DNA of 64,000 nt from an uncultured delta proteobacterium (GTDB lineage: Bacteria > Myxococcota_A > Polyangia > Fen-1088). Numbering within the stretch: the first letter of the stretch is position 1; each line of letters begins with the position of its first letter. The notes below the pieces were generated by a model that saw nothing but the letters and a program-made list of their open reading frames with translations, did not search any database and had not been told where the DNA came from. Location: positions 32,001 through 96,000 of the forward strand of contig CAVWIP010000014.1 of assembly GCA_963755125.1 (NCBI GenBank), in the 5' to 3' direction. The translations under genes and the position numbers were made by a program. Positions 50,264 through 60,042 of this stretch are shown piece by piece.

Positions 50264-50971
50264 ATGGCAAGCAGAAGCCCCGTCTCGGGAAGAGTCTATG
50301 CCCATCTTGCTCTGACCGCAGGACTGTTCTCTCTCTTGGTTTCCTCTCCGGCTTTTGCTCAAGACGACCAAGCAGAGCCAGGCTTTCCACCATCGAGGTC
50401 TCCACCTCCTGGCTCATACCAAGAACCACTCCCCGTCTACACGTCTCCGCATGGCCAGGGAATACTGGTCATGCCCTATGTTGGATTTGTTGCCCCGGTT
50501 GGAAGTGCGACTGACTATTACGGGACAGGCCTGCGGATCGGCACTCTTCTGGGTTGGCACCTCAGCCGATACCTCTCAATCAACGTTGAGGCTACGCTTG
50601 ATATTCTGAATCCGAAAGGCATCGCATCGAGTTTTGAGAACTATACATTTGATTATTCGCTGAGTCCGCTGCTCCACCTACCCGTCGGCAAGCTGGCTCT
50701 TATAGTGGGTCCCAAAATAGGGCTCTTCGATGAAAACCTAATCTACACGATCGACGGGAATAGCTACAACGAGAGCTTCAGTGGTATATTGTTCGGAGTC
50801 AACGTTGGTCTTCTAGTTGACGTCGGCAGGTTTGAGATTGGCGGGCTGTTTAGTTACAGCGGGCGCTACTACTCAAGCCCGTGTCACGTAATCGACGAGG
50901 GCGGGAACCGTTGCACCTATGTGTCAGGAGCTTTCCACACGGTTTCGCTCAGTGGTGTGGTCGTCTTCTGA
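50264..50971 (+). CDS. Putative outer-membrane beta-barrel protein
   Basis: Signal peptide (AFA), amphipathic beta strands, C-terminal Phe; visibly lower GC. Confidence 0.65.
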   Translation: MASRSPVSGRVYAHLALTAGLFSLLVSSPAFAQDDQAEPGFPPSRSPPPGSYQEPLPVYTSPHGQGILVMPYVGFVAPVGSATDYYGTGLRIGTLLGWHLSRYLSINVEATLDILNPKGIASSFENYTFDYSLSPLLHLPVGKLALIVGPKIGLFDENLIYTIDGNSYNESFSGILFGVNVGLLVDVGRFEIGGLFSYSGRYYSSPCHVIDEGGNRCTYVSGAFHTVSLSGVVVF

Positions 50972-51026
50972 CCGTCGAACACATCGGAGGTGCGACATGT
51001 GTGTCGCTCCCCCCCCGCACACTCGG

Positions 51027-52353
51027 CGTGATCCGCGAAAGCCTCATACGCACGGGGAATCGTGAGCATTCTGGGCCGCGGCCCCATGCACCTTCTCGTG
51101 TCCCTTCTGGTCTGGGTCCTCCGCGCGGTCCTCACGTCGCGTCGTTCTCTCGCCCTCGAGAACCTAGCTCTTCGGCAACAGCTCGTGGCTTACACCCGAA
51201 CCCAGAAGCGACCCCGGCTCAAGTCCGGGGAGAGGGCGTTCTGGGTCGCGCTCTCGAAAGTCTGGCGGGACTGGCGCTCGCCCCTGGTTCTGGTCAAGCC
51301 GGCCACCGTGATTGCGTGGCACCGGCGTGGTCATCAGCGCTTCTGGACCTGGAAGTGCGGGAAGCCAGGCCGTCCCCGCATCGCCGCCGAGCACATCGCT
51401 TTCATCCGGCGCATCAGCACCGACCACCCCGAGGGGGGTGAGGACCGGATCGCCGAGGAGCTGGCCTTGAAGCTGGGCGTGACCCACTCAACCAGCACCG
51501 TTCGCAGGTACATGGTCAAGTCGCGCGAGCCGAGAGGCGGCCAGACCTGGAGAACCTTCATCCGAAACCATGCAAGCCAGGTTTTCGCCGTCGACTTCCT
51601 GACCCAATACACGGCGCTCTTCACCACGGTGTACATCTTCGTGGTGATGCACGTCGCGTCCAGGCGCATCGTGCTGATCAACGCCACCACTAGCCCAGGG
51701 CTCGCCTGGGTGAAGCAGCAAATCCGGCAGGTGACAGAATGGGCCAAGTGCCCTCGGTTCCTACTGCATGACAACGATGGGGTCTACGGTCAGTACCACC
51801 AGCGCCGAGCTCGAGAGGGACAGGAACGGCGCTACCGGTGCCACCTGGACCTGTGGCTCGCAGAGGTCATGGGCATTGAGGGACTCCCCATCCCCTACGG
51901 CGCTCCCAATGCCTCGCCGCACATCGGGCGGTTCAACCGCACGCTGCGCGAGGAAGCGCTCAACCACTTCATCTTCCTCGACGCGAAGCACGTCCTGCGC
52001 GTGTGCCGGGAGTACGTGGAGTTCTACAATCGTGCGCGGCCATCACAGGCGTTGCATGCGATACCGGAGCCGTACCCGGAGCTGATCACACCGCCACGAA
52101 GGAGCGGCGATCTGATCGCGCTGCCCGTGCTTGGCGGAGTACAGCACGACTACCGCCTGGCGGCGTGAACGACCCAGCTGGGCAGTGCCTGATGGGCGCG
52201 CCTGCTGGGCGGACAAGTCCGCGCGACGTGCCGAAGCGTCTTGATCCGTTCCGGCCAGAGCGCAACCGGGGTCATCGGCACCGCCCTGGCCGGCGAGGTC
52301 ACCATTGCTCGTCTGCCCGTTTCGGGCGCGGCATCGGGTTCTCGCGGAGTACG
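51027..52353 (+). mobile_element. Second IS481/IS3-like element, 1327 bp
   Basis: Imperfect IRs CGTGATCCGCGAAAGCCTCAT / CGTACTCCGCGAGAACCCGAT around an rve transposase. Confidence 0.72.
51086..52168 (+). CDS. Integrase-core DDE transposase, probably inactive
   Basis: ENLALRQQL, AVDFLT, LHDNDG; HIGRFNRTL in place of xxERF; GGVQHDYRLAA. Confidence 0.88.
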   Translation: MHLLVSLLVWVLRAVLTSRRSLALENLALRQQLVAYTRTQKRPRLKSGERAFWVALSKVWRDWRSPLVLVKPATVIAWHRRGHQRFWTWKCGKPGRPRIAAEHIAFIRRISTDHPEGGEDRIAEELALKLGVTHSTSTVRRYMVKSREPRGGQTWRTFIRNHASQVFAVDFLTQYTALFTTVYIFVVMHVASRRIVLINATTSPGLAWVKQQIRQVTEWAKCPRFLLHDNDGVYGQYHQRRAREGQERRYRCHLDLWLAEVMGIEGLPIPYGAPNASPHIGRFNRTLREEALNHFIFLDAKHVLRVCREYVEFYNRARPSQALHAIPEPYPELITPPRRSGDLIALPVLGGVQHDYRLAA

Positions 52354-52364
52354 CCGCTCTCCTA

Positions 52365-52469
52365 TTAAATCGGGGTTGAATCCGTGGTGCTACCCCATTC
52401 CACCTACTGCCGACCGGCTGGTTAATAGTTAATAGCCGCCAGAGAGTGGGCGCGCCCTGTAGAGATTCA
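52365..52469. repeat. 105-bp direct repeat, copy 1
   Basis: 99/105 identical to 61330-61434 by hand alignment. Confidence 0.93.
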
Positions 52470-52893
52470 TAACGTCCTGCACGGCAACCGGATCGATCTG
52501 GTATCGATCAACCAAGAGCTTCCGTACCCGGTCTGCGATTTCTTGTTCCGTACCGTGGTACGGGCGCACGGTGATGCGGGCGAGGACATCTGGCAGGACC
52601 GCGTGCAGCGCGGCCATCCGTTGTCGGTAGCTTTCGATCCGGACCTGCGGGACACCCGCTGCAAGTGAGACGAATGCCGTCACGGCCTGGTCAACGTCCT
52701 GTTTGATGGCGCCACCCTGGGATGTGGGATTCCTACGCGAGCAGGAGGCGCCCCAGACCGATCCGTTGGCGCTGGAATCTCCGCCGCCAGCCGCGCTCGA
52801 ACCGGAGCCTGCCCGGTGATCCTCGCGAGCGCGATTCGCGAGATCTCGGCTGGTCCAGAGCATTTGCCGTTCGTGCTGGATTCGTTTCGCCAT
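52429..52893 (-). CDS. Hypothetical protein, possibly a fragment
   Basis: ORF ends NLYRARPLSGGY inside the repeat; copy 2 keeps NLHRARPVSGGY-stop. Confidence 0.45.
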   Translation of the reverse strand: MAKRIQHERQMLWTSRDLANRAREDHRAGSGSSAAGGGDSSANGSVWGASCSRRNPTSQGGAIKQDVDQAVTAFVSLAAGVPQVRIESYRQRMAALHAVLPDVLARITVRPYHGTEQEIADRVRKLLVDRYQIDPVAVQDVMNLYRARPLSGGY

Positions 52894-53140
52894 TGGCGTT
52901 GCTCCTAGTGACGTCGTAACTGGTACAATGCGGATTGCCACTATTGACAAAAAGCGGCCATTCCAAGAAAACCGACCTTCGAAATCCTGCGGATTTTCAG
53001 CGATTCACGGCCTTGGCCGCCACGGTGCGGAATTGCCGCTTTGCTAATGCGCGGGTAGGGCCGACCCGGGGGAAGCGTACGCAGACTTCGTGGTTCGCCG
53101 CTTGGAACGAGCGTCTTGTGGCTGCCGCTCGCCGTCGGGG

Positions 53141-54313
53141 CTATTCGTCGTACAGCTCCGCACTCGCGAGATCTTCGCCGTTGAAGCCGCCAGCGACGAG
53201 CACCTTCCCGCTGCCCAACAACGTCGCCGTGTGCGAATCCCTTGCCACGGTCATGTTGCCAGTTGCGGTGAATGTTCCGGAGCTTGGGTCGTACAGCTCC
53301 GCGCTCGTGAGATCTTCACTGTTGAAGCCGCCAGCGACGAGCACCTTCCCGCTGCCCAACAACGTCGCTGTGTGATACGCCCTCGCCGTCGTCATCTTGC
53401 CGACAACCGTGAATGTCTTGGCGCTTGGGTCGTACAGCTCCGCGCTTGCGAGATACCCACTGTCGGCTTCGCCGCCGGTAACGAGCACCTTCCCGTTGTT
53501 CAACAACGTCGCCGTATGTTCGTACTTCGCAGTGGTCATGCTGCCCGTGGCCGTGAAGGTCCCCGCGCTTGGGTCGAATAATTCCGCTGTCGCGAGCAGC
53601 TCACCCTTGCTGTCTTGTCCGCCGGCGATAAACACCGTCCCATCTGGCAACAAGGTCGCCGTGGGGAATTCCCTCGACGTGGTCATGTTGCCGGTGGCCG
53701 TGAATGCTCCGGCCGTCGGGTCGTAAAGCTCCGCAGTGCCGGCTGCGTCCTCGCCGACGATGAGCACCAGCCCGTTTGGTAACAACGTTGCGGTGTGGCC
53801 CGCCCTTGCCACGGTCATGCTGCCTGTGGCCGTGAATGTTCCGGCCGCCGGGTCGTATAGTTCAGCGCTCGCTTGTCCAATGCCTCCACCAGCGATGAGC
53901 ACTTTCCCGCTTGAAAGCAACGTCGCCGTTTGATACGCCCGCGCCGTCGTCATCTTGCCTGTGGCCGTGAATGTTCCGGCCGTCGGGTCGTAAAGCTCCG
54001 CGCTTGCAACGGGAAGCGCGTTCGTGATGCCATTCTCCCCGCCGGCGATGAGCACCGCCCCGTTGGGCAACAACGTCGCCGTGTGGTGTTCCCTTGCCAC
54101 GGTCATGCTGCCGGTCGGCGCGAAACTTCCTTGCAGCACCAGCCCATCCGGGCGCTCGTCGGCCGCAAGACTCGCGTCCGCGCCGCTGCAGCCGCAGAAA
54201 GATGCCACCGAGCAGGAGCCACAGGCGCTGGCACGCCAACTGTCATCGCCGCCGCAACCGCCAAAGCACGGGACCAGAAGGCACGAAAGCAGCATATACA
54301 GCCTGGCAGCCAT
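53141..54313 (-). CDS. Kelch-repeat (galactose oxidase-like beta-propeller) lipoprotein
   Basis: Seven repeats [22 protein letters not shown]...SAELYDP; last ones have a 141-bp period. Confidence 0.92.
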   Translation of the reverse strand: MAARLYMLLSCLLVPCFGGCGGDDSWRASACGSCSVASFCGCSGADASLAADERPDGLVLQGSFAPTGSMTVAREHHTATLLPNGAVLIAGGENGITNALPVASAELYDPTAGTFTATGKMTTARAYQTATLLSSGKVLIAGGGIGQASAELYDPAAGTFTATGSMTVARAGHTATLLPNGLVLIVGEDAAGTAELYDPTAGAFTATGNMTTSREFPTATLLPDGTVFIAGGQDSKGELLATAELFDPSAGTFTATGSMTTAKYEHTATLLNNGKVLVTGGEADSGYLASAELYDPSAKTFTVVGKMTTARAYHTATLLGSGKVLVAGGFNSEDLTSAELYDPSSGTFTATGNMTVARDSHTATLLGSGKVLVAGGFNGEDLASAELYDE

Positions 54314-54508
54314 GCCGCCTATTGTCGCGCCGTGTGGGCTTGACCGCAAAAGCTTACGGGGCCGCGTCGCTACCCCGTGGGGCTGGCGGCCTTTGAATGT
54401 GGCCTGGGCAGCCGGCGTGGGTTCTGCCATCCTGACGCGTGTGCTCTGCAGGGTTGGGCTCGAACGTGCCGCCGAACCAGGCGAATGGTCATACCCAGTG
54501 GAGACCCA

Positions 54509-56716
54509 TCACTGGCCATCGATGATATGAGCGAGCTGCGCCCGAGCGTTTTCCCAGTCATCCGGGTTGTTGCTCCAGCTCGGCGGGGCGTACGAGTACG
54601 AGCAGTCGCTTACCGGGTCGTGGCATTGGACCTCCCAGAGGACGCTCGGGACGACATGGCTGACGAGGGTCGAGACCGCGGTCGCGTCGGTGGCGGCGGC
54701 CAGCGTCAGGTAGTCGACGTCCTGGATGCCGCGCCGCCAGTGTTTGAGGCGCAGGCTGACGATGGGGCCATCGATGCCGTACGAGCTAGCCGGGAACATC
54801 GTGTCCGTGCCCGGATAGAAGAACACCCCGTTGCCGTTGGCGCCGCCGGCCATGCCGTAGGCCGGATCGCTCTGGGTCGTGCCGAACGTGTCTGCGCTGT
54901 TGAACAGGTCGACGCTGCCGAGCCCCTGCTGATTGTCGTCGTAGTAAGTCGCCTCCCACCAGAACCATCGATCGATCTTCTTCTTGTACTGGCCCCAGGG
55001 CTGCTCGCGCAGCGCCACGCCGTCGTCCTCGGTCGCGCACGATCCGGCTCCCGGCCGCTGGCCATTGTATGAGAATAGGCGGCGATTGGGTTCGGCGGCG
55101 AGTACGGCGTCTGCGGCGGACTGGTCGGTCGAGCTCTGACCGTTTATCGAGGTGCCGCCGCTCGAGACGCCCTGGCTGAACGGCCAGCTCGAAGTCGGAT
55201 CGCTGAGCGTCGACGGCGCGTCGAGTAGCGGTTGCGTGGCCATCGTGTGCAGGCTGGAGCCCACGCCGGAGATGCCGGCCCACCACCCGAGCTGCGTGGC
55301 CAGCGTCGGGGTGCTCTGCTGGCAGTCGATCTCGTCGCATAGATAGACGAAGCGCTCGGTGTTGGGTGAGTTGGCCTCGAACCAGCTCTCCCAGCCCGTG
55401 AATACCGCCGTGAACTGCGACTGCGTCGAGCCCTCGGTCAGCCCGCCGTAGGTGCCGATCGAGTAGACGTCTTGCCCCGTGCCCGCGCCGGGCCCCGCGT
55501 AGCCATGGGCTGACGTGAAGAAGCTGCCATCGAGGACGGACACGTAGTCGGTGCCCGGCTGAGTGCCCGACTGATGGGCGTCGTCGCCGATAAGCGAGAT
55601 CTTGTGCCGATGCGCGACCAGGCGCTGGTTCTGAAGTGCCGTCTGCACGACCATGTCCTGGGCGGTGCCCGGGTTGGGGTACGAGACGCCGACGTAGCGC
55701 GGCGAGATATCGCCATACGACGTGAAGAGCATCGTTTGGGCGCTCGGCGCGTCGGGTAGGGCGAAGTTGCGCACGCGCAGGCTGACGGGGACCTCATGCG
55801 TCGTGGTGCCGTCCTCCTGGATCGTGAGCACGCCGCCGTAGATGCCCGCCGCGGCCGTCTTGGGGATGTACACATCCACCCAGACGGACTGGTTGCTCGA
55901 TGCCGCGACATTGAAGGTCGGCACGAGTTCGAGCGGCACGGCGATGTCGGGCACGAACTTGTTGGCGATCGGCCGCTCTGCCCAGGCGCACCCGCTGCCC
56001 GTGGGCTTGGAATCGGGCGTGGCCTGCGTCATCCCAGGGCACTGGGCGCTCTTGGGGAAGGTCGCCTCCTGCCAGCTTGCCAGCGTGCCGTACGCCTGCT
56101 GGCTGAGCCCCGTGATCTGCAGGTAGCGGACGTAGAAGAGATCGATCTCGGTCGTCGTCCAGTCGAAAAGCTTGTCTGTCGTGCGCGGTGCCGAGCGGAT
56201 CACCGAGCCGCCTGGGCCTGTCAAATTGCTGAGCGTCACGCTCACCTTCGAGGCCGCCGACGTTGCCGCCTCGAGGATGACGTCGAACGAAATGACCTCG
56301 TTCTTCGCTCCGAAGACCTGCACGCAGGTGCCGTTCCAGACGCTGTTTGCGACGGCGCTCGCGTGGCCGGTCGCGCGTAGCTCGTCCTGCGTGACCTTGT
56401 CGCCGCCCTCGTTGGCCCACACGGCGGTGAGGTTGGTCGACGACGATACGCCCGTCCGCGTGTTGATGGTGCACGGATCGCCAGCGTCGCTGTACAGCAT
56501 GTCGCCGTGAAGCACGTCGCCACCCGAGGGTCCGTCGTCCGTCGGGAAGTTCCCGTCGCCTCCGGTGCTGCTGTCACCCCATCTCCCACCATCCGAGGTC
56601 GAGGCTTTCGAGCCGCCGCCACCACCGCACGACGCGCTCGCCAGGGCAAGCGATGCGGAGGTCGAAAGCGCGAGCAACGCGACGAAAGTGGGCCGGCGGC
56701 GCAAGGTCGAGGGCAT
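54509..56716 (-). CDS. Secreted DUF4091/GH123-like protein
   Basis: Signal + lipobox ASC, GAKNEVISF, GNGVFFYPG, PIVSLRLKHWRRGIQDVDYL. Confidence 0.8.
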   Translation of the reverse strand: MPSTLRRRPTFVALLALSTSASLALASASCGGGGGSKASTSDGGRWGDSSTGGDGNFPTDDGPSGGDVLHGDMLYSDAGDPCTINTRTGVSSSTNLTAVWANEGGDKVTQDELRATGHASAVANSVWNGTCVQVFGAKNEVISFDVILEAATSAASKVSVTLSNLTGPGGSVIRSAPRTTDKLFDWTTTEIDLFYVRYLQITGLSQQAYGTLASWQEATFPKSAQCPGMTQATPDSKPTGSGCAWAERPIANKFVPDIAVPLELVPTFNVAASSNQSVWVDVYIPKTAAAGIYGGVLTIQEDGTTTHEVPVSLRVRNFALPDAPSAQTMLFTSYGDISPRYVGVSYPNPGTAQDMVVQTALQNQRLVAHRHKISLIGDDAHQSGTQPGTDYVSVLDGSFFTSAHGYAGPGAGTGQDVYSIGTYGGLTEGSTQSQFTAVFTGWESWFEANSPNTERFVYLCDEIDCQQSTPTLATQLGWWAGISGVGSSLHTMATQPLLDAPSTLSDPTSSWPFSQGVSSGGTSINGQSSTDQSAADAVLAAEPNRRLFSYNGQRPGAGSCATEDDGVALREQPWGQYKKKIDRWFWWEATYYDDNQQGLGSVDLFNSADTFGTTQSDPAYGMAGGANGNGVFFYPGTDTMFPASSYGIDGPIVSLRLKHWRRGIQDVDYLTLAAATDATAVSTLVSHVVPSVLWEVQCHDPVSDCSYSYAPPSWSNNPDDWENARAQLAHIIDGQ

Positions 56717-56806
56717 GGAGCCAATCGCCCGATGCAGATGAACGCCAGCTCCCTCGATAGTTGCACGGCTCCTGACCACCTTGCGGATACGCCGGTTCTC
56801 AGCCAT
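56717..56806 (-). pseudogene. Pirin N-terminal stump fused in frame to the downstream gene
   Basis: GGGAGG RBS; MAENRRIRKVVRSRATIEGAGVHLHRAIG (EGAGV.L.R pirin motif). Confidence 0.72.
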
Positions 56807-56986
56807 TGCGGTCCTCCCTTTCCGAATTCACGGGCCTCCGGGCCCGGGGAAGACGAAGTGTAGCAGCTTCGAGGTGAGAGGGCAGTCTCCGAGCCCGGAA
56901 GTGCGCCTGCCAGGAGAAGCCGGTTCGTGGGCAGCGGCAAACCCCGCGACCAAAGCCGACGCCAGGGCATCGAAGAGGCACCGCTG

Positions 56987-57349
56987 ATGTCAGCCAGACC
57001 GAAGACCATCGACGAGTACCTTGCACCCTTGAGCAGCGAGAAGCGGGCTGCGCTCGGCAAGCTCCGCAAGAGGATTCGATTGATCGTTCCCGAGGCCGAG
57101 GAGTGCATCAGCTACAGCATCCCGGCATTTCGCCTGGACGGCGTAGTGGTCGCGGGATTCTGCACGACGGCGAAGGGATGTTCGTACTTGCCGTTTAGTG
57201 GTTCGACGCTGGGCGCGCTGGCCGGTGATCTCCGGGCCTACGACCAGACCAAGTCCTCCCTCCATTTCCATCCCGACAAGCCGCTGCCGGTAGCCCTCGT
57301 CCGCAGGCTGATCAGGGCGCGCATCGCCGAAAGGAAAGGCCGCCAGTAG
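56987..57349 (+). CDS. DUF1801 (YdhG-like) protein
   Basis: TIDEYLA, EECISYSIPAF, PLPVALVRRLIRARIAE. Confidence 0.88.
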   Translation: MSARPKTIDEYLAPLSSEKRAALGKLRKRIRLIVPEAEECISYSIPAFRLDGVVVAGFCTTAKGCSYLPFSGSTLGALAGDLRAYDQTKSSLHFHPDKPLPVALVRRLIRARIAERKGRQ

Positions 57350-57557
57350 GCCGGCTGGCGACTTCGCCGCACCGACGAGTCACTGAACTGAAGAAGAGGC
57401 TCGTCGACAAGATCTAACGGAGTTTCGGCCCACAGGCGGTTTCCTGCGGCCTCCCTCCAAAACTCCAGAATGTCGGGGCAGACGTTGACGGGGCGCGCCG
57501 GGCCGGACCCATTGCGGCTTCTGGAGCAACCCTCAATCCCCCACCCCCCTCAAGGCT

Positions 57558-59657
57558 CTACGAGGTCGTGGTCACACGAGCCCCGTCGGCAAGACGCTGA
57601 TCGCGGCCTGATCGCAACTGGTCCGCCCTGCGTTGATACTCTTCGACCAGCGTGACCAGCGCGGCGTGCGACCAGGCCAGCGGCGATACCGACAAGGCAG
57701 CGCCGGTCGCGGGATCGAGCTGCTCGGGCAGCACGCCCGACGGCAACTTGTGCGCATCCACCCAGCGCAAGACCTCGCGGGCCGACTCGAGTTCGGACGG
57801 GCTGCGTGCACAGGCCACCGCGTGCATGCCCAACCAGATGGTGCAGAGAAACCATGGGTTGCCTGGGACGCTGTCGATATCGCGGGTCACTTGATGGTAG
57901 TAGTCACCGCGATAGCGCGCCACACCTCCCACCGGAGTCCGACAGGTGAGACCATCGCGCACCGCCTTCATGGTGGCCGCCACACGCGGATCGTCGGCGG
58001 CGAAGGCTCCGAACATGAAAATCCCGGCCAGCGACGCGTCCAGGGTCGCGTCCACGCTGACTTCTCCAGCGTCGCTCAACGTGATCATTCGCGCGAACCG
58101 ACCCAGTTCCGGCCGATAGAGATAACGGTCCATCGCCTGCCGGATCTCCAGAGCAGCGGCCGCATATTCGGCGGCCAGTGCTTCTTCACCAAAGGCTCGC
58201 GCGAACTCAGCCGCGGCATCCAGACCGCCCACCACAGCACCGCAGGTGAAGGTGCAAATGCCCCGCCGCTCCTCCCACAAATCGTAGCTTGGTCCAGGCA
58301 GGTGCGTGACCGGATCACGGTAGCTGGCGAGGAAGCGCGCACTCTTCTTTACCAGGCGGCCGTACAGTCCCTTGATAGCTTCCACGTCACGCCAGCGCTG
58401 GAAGTGGTACCACAGCGCCCACAAGACAAGGGCGGTCTCGTCTTCCTGAATTGGCAGTTGCATCTCGTACCCGGCCGGCGCCTCGCCTGCGCCGGCCGAG
58501 CGGGCACTGGCGCCGTCGCAGCCTTTGCCCGCCGTGCGGGAACCCATCCAGGGGTGCCAGGACGAGCCGAGTTGTCCGTCGGCGGTGTACTTGTGCAGGA
58601 GGTAGCCCTCGGCGGTCAGTCGATCGGCGCAGAACTCGTAGAAACGCAAGGGCGCCTGCTGATAGCCAGCCAGGTCGAGCGCACGAGCCGCCAGGGCTCC
58701 GTCGCGGGGCCAGCAATAGGCGTAGGTGTCACGGGAAAAACTCAAGATGTCGCTGTCCACGGCCGCAATTACCGCCCCGCTTTGGTCGATGTGCGTGCGT
58801 AGGATGAGCAGCGATCGCCGGTAGAGATCAGCCACGCCGTCGGGCAATTCCCCGTCTTGCACGGAATTGCGCTTGCTCCACAAGCGCCAGTAGTCGCGTG
58901 TGCGGGTCAGGAAACTCTGTGGCCCGCGCTGGACCACCTTGGCGTTCAACTCGTGAACGGCGTCCCAACTCCCCTTCCAGCGCGGCCCCACCGCTATCCA
59001 GTAGTCGACCTCTGCGCTCGCGTTCGGACCGACGTCGCAGCAGGCCGCCACCACCGAGTCGACCGCTCCCTGGGCCACCAGACCGTGGCCGAGTTCGCCG
59101 TCCTCGGCATCGCGAAACGTTCCTTCCTTGCCGGGCAGGTTCTTCTGTCCAATGGCCCAGTGCTCGACGCCGTCGCGCGCGCCCACGCGCAGGTTCACCA
59201 GAAAGAAGCGCGGCCCCTTGTAGTGCACGACCGCGCGACAAACCGGATCGTAGACTGCCGTGTCGCCCACGTCGCTCTCACCGATGGCCAGGTTCTGATG
59301 GAAGAAAAGGCGGATTTGCCGCGCCTCGGGCCGCTGGTTGTGCACCACCACTCGGCGCAGAAAAAGGTCTTCGTGAAAGTCCACGCAGTCGGAACAGGAC
59401 AGCCGCACGCCCAGGCCATCGTGCTGGCACTGCACATCGGTGACCAGTGTGTCGGGCTGGTAGCGCATCACCAGATTCCATCCCCGCGCGCGTTCGATCC
59501 AGGTGAAGGTGCCGCCGACGAAGACCCCGAAACGGCAGACAGCCCCGTGTACGTGATTCTCTCGCCCCACGCGCGGATAGCTGAGTTCGCGCACCCGGTA
59601 GTCACTGTCAAAGGCCACCAGGACTTTGCCGTTCCCGATTGGTAGGTCGCGTGGCAT
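57558..59657 (-). CDS. GH15 glucoamylase-like glycoside hydrolase
   Basis: PRDLPIGNG, YAYCWPRDG, QEDETA, SYDLWEE, LPEQ, SPLAWSHA. Confidence 0.93.
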   Translation of the reverse strand: MPRDLPIGNGKVLVAFDSDYRVRELSYPRVGRENHVHGAVCRFGVFVGGTFTWIERARGWNLVMRYQPDTLVTDVQCQHDGLGVRLSCSDCVDFHEDLFLRRVVVHNQRPEARQIRLFFHQNLAIGESDVGDTAVYDPVCRAVVHYKGPRFFLVNLRVGARDGVEHWAIGQKNLPGKEGTFRDAEDGELGHGLVAQGAVDSVVAACCDVGPNASAEVDYWIAVGPRWKGSWDAVHELNAKVVQRGPQSFLTRTRDYWRLWSKRNSVQDGELPDGVADLYRRSLLILRTHIDQSGAVIAAVDSDILSFSRDTYAYCWPRDGALAARALDLAGYQQAPLRFYEFCADRLTAEGYLLHKYTADGQLGSSWHPWMGSRTAGKGCDGASARSAGAGEAPAGYEMQLPIQEDETALVLWALWYHFQRWRDVEAIKGLYGRLVKKSARFLASYRDPVTHLPGPSYDLWEERRGICTFTCGAVVGGLDAAAEFARAFGEEALAAEYAAAALEIRQAMDRYLYRPELGRFARMITLSDAGEVSVDATLDASLAGIFMFGAFAADDPRVAATMKAVRDGLTCRTPVGGVARYRGDYYHQVTRDIDSVPGNPWFLCTIWLGMHAVACARSPSELESAREVLRWVDAHKLPSGVLPEQLDPATGAALSVSPLAWSHAALVTLVEEYQRRADQLRSGRDQRLADGARVTTTS

Positions 59658-60042
59658 CGGTCTTCCCCTTGCAAGGTTGGCACTACCGGAGGGTCACGCA
59701 AACAATAGAGTTCTCGACAGACAAAGCAAGGCGCCATGCGAAGGCGTCGCCAAGCTGCCGGCCGGCATCTACTACCCGCCCGCTTCAACCGCCGTGCTTC
59801 CAGATTACGCGGGTTGGTCTTTTTTCCGGCTGATGTATCGGGCCGTCTGCACTGTGCCGATCTCGTGCTGAGGACTCGTCGGATGCAGGATCTTTTCTGG
59901 CGCCGGACGGTGACCACAACCTGTGGGGGTTACTTGCGTGAAGTGGATCCCCCTTCAGAAGAAACCGACTCTGCTAGGCAGATTCCACCCGCCGTTGCCC
60001 AGCACAGCAGCGACGGCAGGCATTTTGCCCACGCGACGACGT

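Noticed and set aside
59737..59752. Sigma54-like TGGCGACGCCTTCGCA upstream of GH15
   Set aside because: GG-N10-GC spacing fits but match to consensus is too weak
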